Assembly (NCBI GenBank): GCA_964035545.1 | Contig: OZ037769.1 | Coordinates: forward strand, 6,119,929 to 6,183,928 | DNA from: Bugula neritina | Taxonomy: Eukaryota; Animalia; Bryozoa | Direction of reading: 5' to 3' | DNA: 64,000 nt | In this document: piece by piece, positions 26,521 to 40,700 of the stretch | Layout: every line of letters starts with the position of its first letter | Numbering within the stretch: position 1 is the first letter of the stretch | Translations under genes and position numbers: made by a program | Notes under the pieces: model-generated | The model's database searches: none | What the model was told of the DNA's origin: nothing | What the model saw: only the letters and a program-made list of their open reading frames with translations

Positions 26521-27165
26521 GTTCTGACTCAGACAGTTATGTGAGTAGAAAGAAAAGCAGCAAGAAAAAAGATGGAAGTGCCTCTGATGGAAATTGCTGT
26601 GGGTGTAAATGTGGGACAGCGTGCGGTATGTATACTTATGTTGGGTAGTGCTATATGGTGTTAACAATGTGCTACAAGATAAGATGTATCCTGGTATAGC
26701 GGAATAGAGGAGTATAATCTATATACCATATAATTAACCCATAATTCATAGCTAAGCTGAACATCTTAACTGGTCTAGATTATGTAAACTTTGAGAACAA
26801 GCACTCTTGGTTGTACCTGGTGCATCTTGTGTTTACCTTTTCCTTCTACATTCGTAATTGAGAATTAAATTACACCAGAAACCAAGTTTTTATATAAATT
26901 CACGTGTTTTAATATATAACAATAATATAGTAATTTCATACCATTATCCCACACAGGGCCTCAGGTGAACTGTGGGTTTGGACCATATGCCTGCTACTAC
27001 AACTACTACCAGTGGTATGCCAACTACCTACGATGCTGCAGCTACTACCCTAGTGCCTACTACAACTGCTATCAGCCTTGTGCACCAGCCTTTAACTGTT
27101 TCAACGGAACCTCCTGTGGCTGCAGCTGCGGAAGTGGCAGTTGCTGCAAATCTAACAAACGCTGA
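26521..27165 (+). CDS. Orphan small gene B: Cys/Tyr-rich protein, 5' start exon not located
   Basis: Exon 26521-26625 (SDSDSYVSRKKSSKKKDGSASDGNCCGCKCGTAC, phase 1 at both ends) joins exon 26957-27165 (PQVNCGFGPYACYYNYYQWYANYLRCCSYY...SCGCSCGSGSCCKSNKR*). 17 Cys in ~104 aa. AATAAA at 27219-27224. Confidence 0.7.
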
Positions 27166-27817
27166 TAGTCTGTTTGGATATCGAGGCTAAAATCTGCAAA
27201 TAATTTTATTTTGATAGCAATAAAAAAGTTCTGTTTTTGAAAATAATTATATTGCAGCCTTTTAGTTTCTACAATACTCAAAATGCAGCCATTTAAAGTA
27301 GTAATATTTTCTTATTTATTTGTTGAATGAGCATCGCTTCAAAGATCATAATTGGGGAAAATCAAAATTTAAATAAATTGCATTGAAGATGCTGTAGAAA
27401 AAGAAACATTCAACAAACTCAAACTGCAAAAGTTTTGACGGCTTCATGACTCATTTCACAATAGAAGGGCATTTCATCAAGTGCAAGCTGAATCATGAGC
27501 TATTCCTGTTATAGCAACATTATATAATAATATTATATATAATAATAACATAGTATATATAATGCAACATGGAAGTTAGTCTATAGCATACAGCTGTGTA
27601 AACATCAAACTAAGACTTTATCTATACCAAGAATTTTCATTGTTTACATAAAGTTAAGACAATTTATTACTATTAATTTATTTAAGTTTATTTCCATGAG
27701 CAGGATTCGTGTGAGAATAGACTTATTGTGATAAACTTGACCTATCATATTCCAATATAATAAGAGGTGAAAAGTCATATGTAACCAGTCTTATAACAAC
27801 TAACATCAACATCAATT

Positions 27818-29002
27818 ATGCCTTCTGCATCTCAGTATGGGACATCAGCAGGGAGTGGGTCAGAGTATTCAGGCACCTACAGCGGCAGTGGTAGTAGCAG
27901 TGGATATGCATCATGGTCAGGAAATTCTTACCCTATCCGTATGTATGCTGAGCTGTTTCAACTTTAGCTGGCATAATTTGTAGCTTATGTGAAAGATGCC
28001 TAGGGCAGACGTAAAAATATGAGTGCAGGATTTCAGTTTTTTACCAGCAGCACTATATAGCTGTAGTAGAATTTGTAACATCAAAAAATTGACTGATTAT
28101 AAAATAAAACAACAACGGTCCAATTAAACAAACCGCAAATTATAAAACAGAGCTAAGTAACTTTATTATTGGATTTTACCTGCTGACAGCCTGTTTATAC
28201 TAACCAAATTTAATTAACAACACATTTAAATTACACCATGCTATTGTAATGGCTGTAGGAAGTGTTGCTTCCCAACCACGAGGTATACAGACACTCTTCT
28301 TATAAGAAGCGTAACTATATTATATTTTCAAGGTGTGATAACTCTCTGTGATACGCTCAGGCTAACATTTCAAAATGCCGCACTTCTGCGGCATAGATAC
28401 GCGGTATCGCATCAATCGCTGCAGTCCCCACTACCTGAACCCCACCGGCCAATCAAATGACACTTAATAGAATAAACATTAATTTTAAAACAATTATTTA
28501 AAAAATTTAAATAAAGTAGTAATTATAATAAACTATAATAAATATGATATTTTGGTAACAACAGCTGTTACAAACATTTTGAAGATAACAGTTGTTACCA
28601 ATGAGATTTAAAAAGTCATTTCAACTCTTTTTTTAATATACTTTGAAATCAAAATTGTTTATTGCAGAACGTTTTAATTGTGAATATTTTCATTTTTAAT
28701 TTAACTTTATGTTTTCATAACAAAATGTGATTGACATATTTCAGTATTAGCCTAGATTCTAGAATATCACACTGTTGGGAATTGCACTCGAATTCTTTGA
28801 TTTTGATTGGTCTGATTTTCCATTACCAGGTTATGCGAGGAGCAGTCCATCAAATGCATATCCTATTAGACGGTGCGTCACACCATACATGATGTACCTT
28901 CAAACCTACTACAACACAATGAGGAGTTTTTCCCCCCACGGCTCAGCTAGCTATGCCCCATGTGCTTACGAATGCATGTACACTCCTCCACCAAGACTGT
29001 GA
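27818..29002 (+). CDS. Orphan small gene C: Ser/Gly/Tyr-rich protein, 97 aa, 2 exons
   Basis: Exon 27818-27938 (MPSASQYGTSAGSGSEYSGTYSGSGSSSGYASWSGNSYPI, phase-1 gtatgt) plus 28830-29002 (RYARSSPSNAYPIRRCVTPYMMYLQTYYNTMRSF...ECMYTPPPRL*); 294 nt. AATAAA at 29096-29101. Confidence 0.75.
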
Positions 29003-29171
29003 ACATCTTCAGAATCTAACACTGACCGACACTCAGTTACATCTGCTATTCATACTGCTTGTGTTGATGAATCATGGTCAATCAAAGTTGCAAATAATAA
29101 AAACTACGCTACTATTTGAATGCAAGAAGCATTTTATTATTATTAATGTTATTATAGTCACTGTGTGTAGG

Positions 29172-29226
29172 TGTGTGCGTGCGTGCGTGCGTGCGTGCGT
29201 GTATGCGTGCGTGCGTGCGTACGTGT
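29172..29226. repeat. (GCGT)n microsatellite
   Basis: gtgcgtgcgtgcgt run downstream of gene C. Confidence 0.9.
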
Positions 29227-29595
29227 AGGATGTCCTGTTTGTTCTAAAGAAATTAAAAGAAATTCCCGAATATATAAAATATGTTGACTTGGTATTTGAA
29301 ATATCTTAAAAATGGTTAATTAGCAGCAACAAGCTTCGAGGCTATTGGTCAACTCATTACACCATAATTCTCATTGGTCAACATGATAAGCAGCATTCCA
29401 GAATATTCTAGTAATAGTCAGGAGGTCAGCAGGGCTGAACTGACAAACTCTCAAGTTTTCTGTTCAGTGAACATATAAATACTTTAAACTACATGCATGC
29501 ATGTGTAGGCAGCAAGCTACAACTCTCAGAAAATACCTATAAGATTGTTACAGAGTCAACTTGGTTATCATAATAAATTCGCTCCAAACTAAACT

Positions 29596-30917
29596 ATGTC
29601 TGACAGCACAAATGCTGACAGTGGCAGCAGCAGCAGCAGTAGCAGTTACAGCAGCTACAGCAGCTATAGTTCTGGTAAAAAACCTCTTCAAACAAATGGT
29701 ATGTAATGAGATAGAACAGTAACTGGTGGTAAATCATTGTTATAGTCTGTGACATAATATTTTATATACTATACGTCTATATTGTGTGCTATATATAAGG
29801 GTAATGTGTAAATAATATGTTTAAATTAATCAAGAATAATAAACAACTATGTTTCATCCCTTTGAAACAACACGCAACCAAAATGGTGGACTTGCTACTA
29901 TATCACTTTGGCAAACAAATTCAAACTTCATAAAAATGCCTAAATATACTCAAGTTGTATAAAATGTATTGCAATCTATTGCAAGGCTGTATGAAACGTT
30001 TCATTATAATTAGGTCAAATTTAAAATGCATTATATGGATTTTAATATAATATGAGTAAATCTAAACTTTTCTGTCACATAAAATAAAGCGAGTTAAAGA
30101 TTTGTAAATTGACAACTTTATGAGCGCAAACAATACCTTGTATTATCATAGTTTTACAAAAATGTAGCAGGTAATAATTGAATCGGAGAATCTTGGTTGT
30201 AGATAATAACGAATCTTCTAGAAGAAGACGTGAGCCACCAATAGACCCGTGGACTGCGTACTATGCTGCATATTATCAGTATTACAACTCCTACTACACT
30301 GCCCAACTGATATCCCAGGGTGCCTTAGCACATCGCCCAATGGGTTGCTGTCATGACAAGTCGCGTTGTTGTGGTAACAAAGAGCAAACAAAAGGCAGTA
30401 AGTAAATAGCAATAGAAGGTATAAAAGGTCTGGTGCTTAAAAGTCTCCCACCATACAGCAGCACATGTATGTCATAGACAACTTGAAACTTCTAGTTCTA
30501 TACATTATATAAATATTTCATAAAACATTAGACAAAAAGATTATACGAGTACATTATGCAAGCTTAAATAAGGGCTAGGATACCTTTTTGGGGTATTTTG
30601 TCTTGCTATGTTGTATTCATAATATATTTTTAGAATTTACATGAATTTCATATTAGGTAAAATTAGTATTAAGTTTCCACAGTACACAATAATGCTAAGT
30701 TGCAGGAGAGGTCCATGTTCTTAAACCAGGAATTTGTTAAAACTTTACACTTGATGCCATGGTAATGTAATTAGTATTCTGCTGGAATGTTCTAGATGGA
30801 CATGACGCTACTTCCTGTGGGAAATCTACTTGTGTTCAGGGTCAAGGTCAGCCTGGTTGGGCAGGCGGTGCTTGTTTTCCTGGCTGGACAAGCATGACAG
30901 GTGCCCCACCATTCTGA
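29596..30917 (+). CDS. Orphan small gene D: poly-Ser, Tyr-rich, Cys-containing protein, 139 aa, 3 exons
   Basis: Exons 29596-29698 (MSDSTNADSGSSSSSSSYSSYSSYSSGKKPLQTN), 30203-30397 (DNNESSRRRREPPIDPWTAYYAAYYQYYNSYYTAQL...GCCHDKSRCCGNK) and 30796-30917 (NGHDATSCGKSTCVQGQGQPGWAGGACFPGWTSMTGAPPF*). Both introns are phase 1; total 420 nt. An unspliced alternative stops at 30405. Confidence 0.75.
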
Positions 30918-31749
30918 TTATTGTAGTCTCACTGCTTTACTAATGAGTGCTAAATGGTGATGACATGCAGTTCTTCATCAAATCAGTGAGCAGTTGTACA
31001 GTAACTTCCCTTAAAGTGCACAATGTGTTGCTGAGAAACACACACAAGGGAAGTAACAGCCACAGTGTTATTTTGTGAGGGAGAATTTTTTTTAAACATC
31101 TTTATCTATATATGCTGTATATAATAGTACCACTTTCTGGTAAAGTGAGAAGAAGTCTGCTGTCTAAAACTCATTTCATGTTTATTATATTCCAAAACTA
31201 ACTAATCCAGTAAGCATAACTTTTCACCTGTTACACATAACATACAGGCAATATTTATTAAAATAATATGTATTGAATTACACAGTAATAATATATAATA
31301 AGATTAATATTCATGTCTCATGACTTTTTCTATCATTACATGTTATCTAATTTATATAAAACATGCAATAGATTACATGTTGCATATTTACCTATATGCG
31401 CATAAAATAATTGAGCATTTCGAGTAAACAGAGAAAATGGCGAATACAGAATATAATGATATATGGACAGATTATGTATAATAAAATAGCATATGATGAC
31501 AAAACAAGAACATATAAACATTATAAGAATAGCTACTGCACACTGAGAATGTGGGTAAAATATTGTATTTACAATATTTTACTTACTTAAACACTCGCAG
31601 TTAAAATAAATAGGTTTTAGGCATCCAATTCCATTGAAAATCATAAAATAAGCTCCATTATTACATACATTAATTGTAACTACTTGACTGACAATTTAAT
31701 TAAAATTTTACATAAAAATATTGTCAACAAAATAAAACGTATTATGAAG

Positions 31750-34700
31750 TCACATGACTACCTCCGGTACAGGGTATGATTCGTCATGTAGAAAGTACTT
31801 AGGTGAAGTCTTCAATGTAATCAGAATAGGTTCTTGTTGATAATGATCATACTTGTCGATGGGGCTAGGAAACGGGTTCATATACACCCGACTTACAGGC
31901 TGCTTAATGAAAGGAACAAAGCCATACAACTGGCCGGGTGGGAGCGCCCACTCCCCGTGCCCATTTTTGTGATACTTTCGTAGATCTGTGGTAACAAGAG
32001 CAGTCTCTCTGTCCGGTTTACAACTATTGGCACCAGTATGCAGCTCCCCCAGTCTCACAAGGGCCGGTTTACTGTTCAAAGAGAAAATAAAAAGTCTTAG
32101 AAATTCTAACTCAATAAGCTTCCGGAATTTTAAACATTTTTAAAACACTAAGAACCTAATACATTGGATTTTCCCAAACAGATATTCTGCTAAGTAAGCA
32201 TACAAATGAAACTTGTCCATATACAGTACTATTGTACTCAAGTTAATACAGTTTGTATTACAGCTACTTGTGTTACAGCCACTTGTAAATTACACCGGCC
32301 ATATTAACATCCTACTAGTTGCCTCGAGAAGAAATCTAAAAAATTCAGGTAGTAAATTAACTAAACTATAATTTGAAGAAATATTGAAGAGACCGCTGAG
32401 GACTTGACCTTCACCTACAGTGAATATGTAAGTCTATTATGTACTTACACTCGCAGTTTGGGCAACACTAGCACTGTGTTCTTAGTTTCTACCAGTTTGT
32501 CATCAGCTTGTTGGACGGCTTTGGCCTTGTTTAGTTCATTACTTATTTCCATTTCACAGAAATAGTTGATACACTCTATCCATGTTGCCTTATCTATCAC
32601 ACTACTACTGGGGGGCTCGTTGAACGTCACTGTAACCATAGATAAAGAATTATATGAACCCAGACTAAAATTATACGAATCAAGCCTGATGAGCTACACC
32701 ACCAACCAATTCATTAGTACGGAGTAGTAGACAATATTTAAATAATGGAGTTTTTTCACTAGTTATTGAGAGTTGTCTTTTTGAAAAACAAAGCCAAAAA
32801 ATTGTAGTACAACTAAATTTCAAAATAAAGTCGCATTTATTGAAAAAGAAATTTAGGCAATTTTTTAACATAATTAAAAACTAAATAATTATATGGAAGA
32901 ATTTTAAAGTTAATTCTACAAGTTTTAGGTAACAATATCGAAATTTTTACAATGTGAGAGAAGCACAGAATAATAAAATGTTCCAGTTTCCTCAACTTTG
33001 TGCATACATTCTAGTATTTTGACAACATTGTCAGTTAAAACTGCATTTAGCTTGCCATTCAAATAGAAATAGCTTTAAAATTTAATAAAAGATGTCTACT
33101 AATTAAACTACAACTGAAATTTAGAATTTAAAATTGACATTTAAAAATGATAATTATTTTAACAGTTGGTATCTAACATTTTATATCAGCCTCATTATTA
33201 GTATCCTTTAAAGTTAGAGTATTATTACTAAATACTATGGAACTTACATAAGAGAAAACAACTCTCAATATTTACTCACTGCTTACTAATGAGCAGACAA
33301 CTACCTGTATACGCTTTCTTGTCTGCCAGTTTCTTAGCTTGACCTCTTCCAACTCTTGAGTGCACAGCCTGACCTCTTTTCAACATCTCTATACCTTCCT
33401 TAAGATGTGCTTGAAACCTGGTCATCCATCTAAAAAGGTGAAAACTCACTGCAAGGTGAACTTGACATACACCGCCCATGTTTACCAAGTATATCTGTAG
33501 CACTTTGGTAATAGTATTTATTCAGTAACAGCTGCGGAGCTTAGAGGAATATAACTATTGCAAATATTATCAAACCAAAAGAAAAACTTTTTAACTTTAA
33601 TATCATACAACTTCTAAAGTATTCTATTAATTTTGTTTATCCCTGAGCTGTTAGACTAAAGCTGGGGCCACATGGAGGCCATAACTCCCACAGTTAATTA
33701 TCAATTGTATTCAGTGATAAATTACTATGGGAGTTACCTGCTCCACACACTAAGTGGCTAGCTTGAGAAAAACTCAGTGACGAATCATATTTCTCCATGG
33801 CTTTACTGCCCATGACATAAACTACTGAATTTTGAAGTCTCGCACTCAACTATTCTCAATAATGAGCAATTGATTGGAATAAAAATGTAAAACTGAAACT
33901 ATTAGCCAATGAGATCACTAACAAAAGAGCTTTTTGCAATAATCGTTCAGCATTTTGACGACATAAAATCCGCTCAAAACAGCCCTTTTTGCAGTATGTA
34001 CAAAGTTTTCACTGGCGGTCCTTTCAGAAATCCTCTTCATGTAGCCCTAGCTTAAATCTTAAAAATAAAATTATGCTAATAATCTTTTAATAGTAAACCA
34101 TTACTTTCATAAAAGCGAAATTGATACTCACTTTTCAAGCCATGAGTCACAGATCTCTGATATTTTGTATTTCCTGTCAACACCCTCGAAGGCCCAAGTG
34201 TCCCAGGAGTCCATTTCCTTAGTAAAGAAGTGATGTCGGTCATTGAGACCACACTGATTGAACATGTCTATGACGTAGAGTCGTAACTCCTGATCTCCGT
34301 CAATAAACTGATTCATTAGCTCAATGTAGAACTTCTTAGAAGAACACTAAAACATGTCAGAAATAGTAAATTTAACGTAACTTTGAGTGAAAATAAACTA
34401 GATTGTATAAAAACTATATTTAGTCTAAAAATAAATGTCAACCTAATGAAACGTATGTTTTGAAAGACTCAAAACCACACAAAACTAGTTGTTTCAGTGC
34501 AGCTATATATTACCATTAACCAAAACAGCTTTAGAGATCTCATTAACATAATAAGATGAGCATTCTCAAACTGTTAGTAAATATAACATTTTTAATTACA
34601 AGTATTTGAACGGATTTTCTTGAAATTTTCTCACCAGATTGTTTGCAAAAAGCTTTGAATAGCATGGTTTGCTATAAATTAAAAACACGCCCATGCATTA

Positions 34701-37700
34701 ATGTTTCACCAACATCATCTTCACAACCACACCCACTTATTAACCACATCTACTTATTCAACAGGCCCACTTATCCAAAACACCTATTTATTAAACACAC
34801 CTACTTATTCAACGCACCCACTTATTAAACACGCCCACTTTTTCAACACACTTATTTATTTAACACACCCACTTATCCAAAACACCCACTTACTAAACAC
34901 ATCTACTTATTAAACACACCCACTTATGAACCACACCTACTTATTAAACACAGCCACTTATGAACCGCACCTACTTATTAAACACACCCACTTATTAAAC
35001 ACGCCTACATACTGCATCAACATGATGAAAAATAATTTATAGTAAATTGGCAGAATAAGATTTTCTAGTAGAAAGAGTCACAATAAAGGCAGTAAAAGAC
35101 TAACAACAACTCACACCAACTTCATGTAGGAAAGAGAGAAGTAGTTTAATGCATGACTTCTGGTCTCCATTCAGAGAGTTAGGAGGGTTTATAGGGGGAT
35201 TCAGCACATCAAAGCAGGCATCCACTGCTTCCTTCACATTTTTAAAACCTACAGTAAGTTGCGATAAACATTAAAATAAATCATATTATAATTAACAGGC
35301 AAGTTTTTAATCTCTAAATACAGCTAATTTACAGAACCCTGTGTATCTACATTTGAATACAAGATATAAAAAATCTTCCTTCAAACAACTTAAAACATAT
35401 ATAATAATATACTATAAATATAATTATATAATGTAATAATATAATATAAAACATATATAATAATATATTTTATCACCTATTAAATGAACTACATAAAATA
35501 ACTAAATTAATAATAATAATAATATAACATAATCAAGAAACTAGAGATAGCAAGTTGAATATGAAAGTTCAAGTTACTAAAACTATTGTGTAATCAACAG
35601 TAAAGACCTGTGTCAGTCATATTCAAAGCTCATTGAGTACGTTCTGGTCAAATGAAACAAAGTTTCCTTTTGGTCAATTTCTATGAAAAATTCAATCCTT
35701 TAGATTTACACATATTTACTACTCAATGAGCGAGAAGAATGATTGTAAAGAACTGCAGCTAAAGGGAAATTGAACTGAATACGAGAGAGAGCACATGCAG
35801 AGAATAAGTTAAACAGTTGAGAAAGAGCTGACTAATAAGAGGCAGCATGGCAGCTATTTACCATGTCTCTTCTGTCTCACTGCAGCTGAAACAGCACACA
35901 TGCAGGTATATGTTGAATTCACACAAACTTGAGACGAGTTTAAACAAATGATGAATGTAGCATCAAAATCATAAGAAAATGTCATTTATTTTTATAAAAA
36001 AATGCAAAAGCCAAAGTGGTAGCACTAAAATAAGGAAAAAATAAATACTTTCAATAAAGTGGCTAGACTCATGCCTTTACTATTATCATCATAAAAAAAC
36101 ATTTAATATGCTGCAAAATAGAAAAACGTGAATAGATTTTTACCATTTGTACTTGGAGTTATCTTAACCTACCTTCATTATGATACAGTTTCCTTATAGC
36201 GGCCATGATGAGCAGTTTGACAGAATAGTCAGCCATCTTTAATATTCTGAGAAGTTGTGTTATAAAATGTTCAACGGTCCACGGCTTTGGAAACGTCTAG
36301 AAAAACAATAAAATTAAAATTAATAACTATGCTTTCACAGGAATTGTATTCTCTTACAAGATTCACAATTTAAATTGGTTATTGTTTTCAAAATTAAATA
36401 TTGTTATACTAAAGCTATTATAAATCTACATAGAAACTAATCTATATTGAAGGGAGTTATTTGAGTATGAACACGTATATATCTTATTGGTTATTTATTA
36501 TTCTATAAGGATAACCATCTGGACACGACTTTTGAGCTGACTATGCAAACAACATTGTTTACAATTCTAATATAAAACATTCTTTTAGAAGTGGGCGTGA
36601 TTATTGCAGGTGCGTATTGGTCTGAGAAAATGATACAGTTTGCTGCCAAAATCACTATTAATAAACTATAGAACATCTGTAGTACTAGATATGGTTAGTT
36701 ATATACAGTACTAATACAAGGTAGCTCTAGTATTGACAGGTTACACGTAGTAGATCAACATATATAACTGTTTGCAACTAGCAAAGGGTGTATGACTCAC
36801 ATGTGATGTGCAGTTAGGGAAGTACTGCTGAAACCACTCATCCGGGAAGAACTGTGTCACAAACTCAGGCAGGGGTGTTGGCGGAGGAGGTGGAGGTGTG
36901 GGTGTCGGAGTAGGCGTTGGCTCTTTAATTAGTGGAGGTGGTGTCTTCAGCTTGGGAGGGGGTGGTGGCGGAGGGCCCTTCAATAGAATGTAACATTGCT
37001 AATATCAGCCTATATATTCTTGAAACAAGATAATAGAGAATCAGTGTGACCAACACTTGAACTAATACTTCAAATACTAAATCTGATTAATTTATAAATA
37101 ATCGACTATATTTCAGTACAAAATTTTTCATAAAGCCTTCATAGAACTGCAAGTAGTGTTTATAAAAGCACACAGAATAAGTGTACGTACCATAGATACG
37201 AGTTTGATTAAAGGTTTTCTTGGAGCTGTCGGCTGTTTCTTCACGACAACAGGTGGTGGAGGTGTGGGTGTCTTCGGTGGCTACAAAACACATGATATTA
37301 TCTATCAGTATGTACAACTATCACTGTAAAACTATCCCTTAAATGAAATTCATAGATTTACAAATAACATGAAACTTTAAACTTGACAAAAAGCATTGTC
37401 AAAAAGCTAAGTTCCCACATAGCATGCAACTATGATGACTCATTATGAACAAAGCAGCCAAAGAGGAAATGGGTATCACTGACGATTAGATGGGAGAAAA
37501 ATGAGAGTTATCTTACCTCTCCCTTTTGTTGCAAAATACCGTAGAGATATTGAGAAAAAGAAGATGATGAGTTGTGAAGTTGAGATTTGAAGATGGAGCG
37601 TTTTAGATACCACGAAGATTTGTTTTGAGTAGAAGTGTTCGGAGGAGAGTGGGAGTACTTTAAGAGGGCCCCTTTGAACGGAGAATGCGATACTTTGTCA

Positions 37701-40700
37701 GGTGGACTTTTAACTGAAGAAGAGGCAGGTGGGGGCAAAAATGGAGGAGATGAACTCTTTACTGAAGTTAAGGATAACTCTTTGGAAGGAGACGTCTGCG
37801 GTTTGGTATCTAATTGTTTTAAAGATCCAAGGCTAGGATCTACGATGACTTTACTAAAATCGCTAGTGTTTGAAGTTGCTATTTCACTGTCAACTGGAAT
37901 GTTATCAGAAGAAGAAATAGGCTTTTGTTTAATTTGTGGCAATGAGAGATTGGAGGTAGAGATAGCGTCCCGCCTTGCATACATTCTACTGTTGGCAGAG
38001 GTGGGTTTAGGTGGCTGGTAGGTACCACAAGGGATAGAATAAAAGTTCAATGATTGATTGAAGTAAGAATGAATAATTTATCTGCTAAATTTAATAAACT
38101 GACTATTGAAAAATTCAGAAATTGATAACTTATATTCAAAAACTATTTAAGGATGTAAAAGCACTGGTATAACAACATGTAGCATAGATTCATTGCAATC
38201 ATTATCAGATTTATTATTTAAGAAATCGCAAAATGCTAAACTTATTTTGAACATTTACATTTCAGCATCAACATTGCCTAAATACTTTTTGCAAAATAAT
38301 TTTGAAAGCTACAGAAATTTAAATCCATTATAAATAAAAAGCAACGAAAAACTCAAACATTGAAAACAACAGGAAATTGAAATATGATAAACCCACAAGT
38401 TTGACATGTTGATAGTAATTGTCCACTTTTACATACAGTTCATATCAACACATCATTGAGAGAGTAAAAAGAGACGTAGCAGAGTGTTAGTATATCACAA
38501 CAGACAACAGTTATTATGTAACAACATGTATCAACGTGTCAGCACATTCAGAGAGTTTGGTAACATGTGAATACAAGGGTCAAACTTTACCTGACTAACC
38601 ACCTGCACACTGTTGTCAACAACGGTGTCAGAGCTAATGGGTTGAGTGACAATCTCGCTCTGTGTTTAGACTAAACATGTTACATTTGATAAACCACACA
38701 CATAGAACATGACTAAGTCTGTTAGACTCATTCAACACATGTGACAAACTACCCATGAGTGCTATTATTAGCAACTTTGACATTCAAGTTAAAAGAACAA
38801 ATATTAAGATCACATTAAACATACAACCAAAATAAAAATAATGCTACGGAAATTAAAATGATGAGTGAATTATAAGGATTACATTATGTTAATTTATGTT
38901 ATAAACTTCTATCACAACAATAAACAAGATAGAATACTAATATTAAGAACTAATCTGGTTGTGTTGAATATAGGAAAAAGTTAGAAGATGAATATATTTA
39001 TAAAGTTGTATAGAGAGGAGATAAACTATAAGGAAATCACTAAGCAGACATTATGGTACAGCGTGTATATTATATAGCTACTCTTCACGTCTCCAGTAAG
39101 TAGTATGCTAGGCTAAGCAACTCAGAATATATATAACATGTTAGCTGTCGCAACTTCACACATGAATATTTTACAATTTGCCAAATTAAAAAAAACGTAA
39201 AGCTAATTAAGTTAAGCCAATGAGCTTAAGCTAGAGTATAGGGATAAATAAAAAGTATTTAACATGAAACAATTAGAATATTTTTAATGTAGAAACATTC
39301 CAAGGTAAAATAAAACATAGCAATAAACTTACAGGTGGTGTTGGGGGCCGCGTGAGAATCGACCCAATCTTACTAAGGAAACTGTTGCTAGTGTCATTGG
39401 CCAACTTTTGAGGATTGTTGAAGGCTACAGATTTAGTGGGTGTCTTAAACATAGTGTCTTCTTCTTCCATTCCGAAAGAGACCTGAACATTGCGTTGTAA
39501 AGTTGAGACGTACATTAAAAGATGTACTTACACATTAAATATTTATATAGTGAATGTTTATACAGTAAATATATATTTAAAAGCTTTCTTACATGGTAGA
39601 GTATATTTGATGCAACGCACTTGGAAAAAGATAAAAATGTGCTAGAACTTTAAGAAAGGCCTTCAACACAGCTGCAAATATTATTGAGAGTTTTATTAGA
39701 GCTAAAATAGATGCTTCTCAGTTGAAAGCATACATAGTACTATGTAATAATTATACAATATAATCATTTATGTGGCTATAGCACCTTAGCCCTAGCTTTC
39801 TTCTTTTTACCCTTCTTCAAACTAGACTTCATGGACTTTAATAACTGTGCATTAGAAGTTTCTTCGTCATCCGACATTATCATAACCCTGTCAGCATCTG
39901 TATTTTCTCTCTACAGTAACCAGCACTATTATTTAGAGCAATTTTCTAAAATCCTTTATTGAAAATTTAACTCTGCGTGATATAGCATTGATAGAGCATT
40001 TTAAAATGCACAAAAAAGAAGACAACTCTAATTTTACATACAACATGAACTAAACAACTGTATAAAAGATATTAGTAGACACACACTCCGTTACACCAAC
40101 AGCATGCAAGAAAATATATATCTATTAACTAATATTTAGGAATTGTCTTTCCAAAACTTATACTGCAGATAATATTAATGTAAAGCAGACAACATTTAGA
40201 AGAGTTGCAGATATTACTTTCAATGTGTAATAGATGAAGCACACACAACATAACTATGATATCACTGTGTACACGTAGAGAAAGTATACACTAAACATGC
40301 ATGTATATATTTATACCGGGTCCATTCCAGGAGGAATAGAAGCCTCTCTCTCAGCGCCCTGTGTGTGTACAGTGTTAGAATTATGTAGAGAGATATATTA
40401 TGTACAACTGGAGTTATAAAAATACATTACATATTAGCTAATAGACAGGTCATTGACTATAATATATTTGGTTTTTTCTCATGCTTTTAATTCATTTTGT
40501 TATGTATTTATACTGGGACACAAAAAACACTAAATACCAACACAGTATCAACATACCCCAAATATTGATAGTAAACATACCATATTTTATAAACTTAATA
40601 CCTCTGCAGGTGTAGCCAGGTATTTACATACAATGCATTACGAGACAAAACATGGATGCAGCCAATAAGGACTAAACGGAAATCATTATAAATGGCCATG

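Noticed and set aside
37635-38021. 128-aa plus-strand ORF
   Set aside because: Antisense to a Ser/Pro-rich WDR97 exon (38015-37517)
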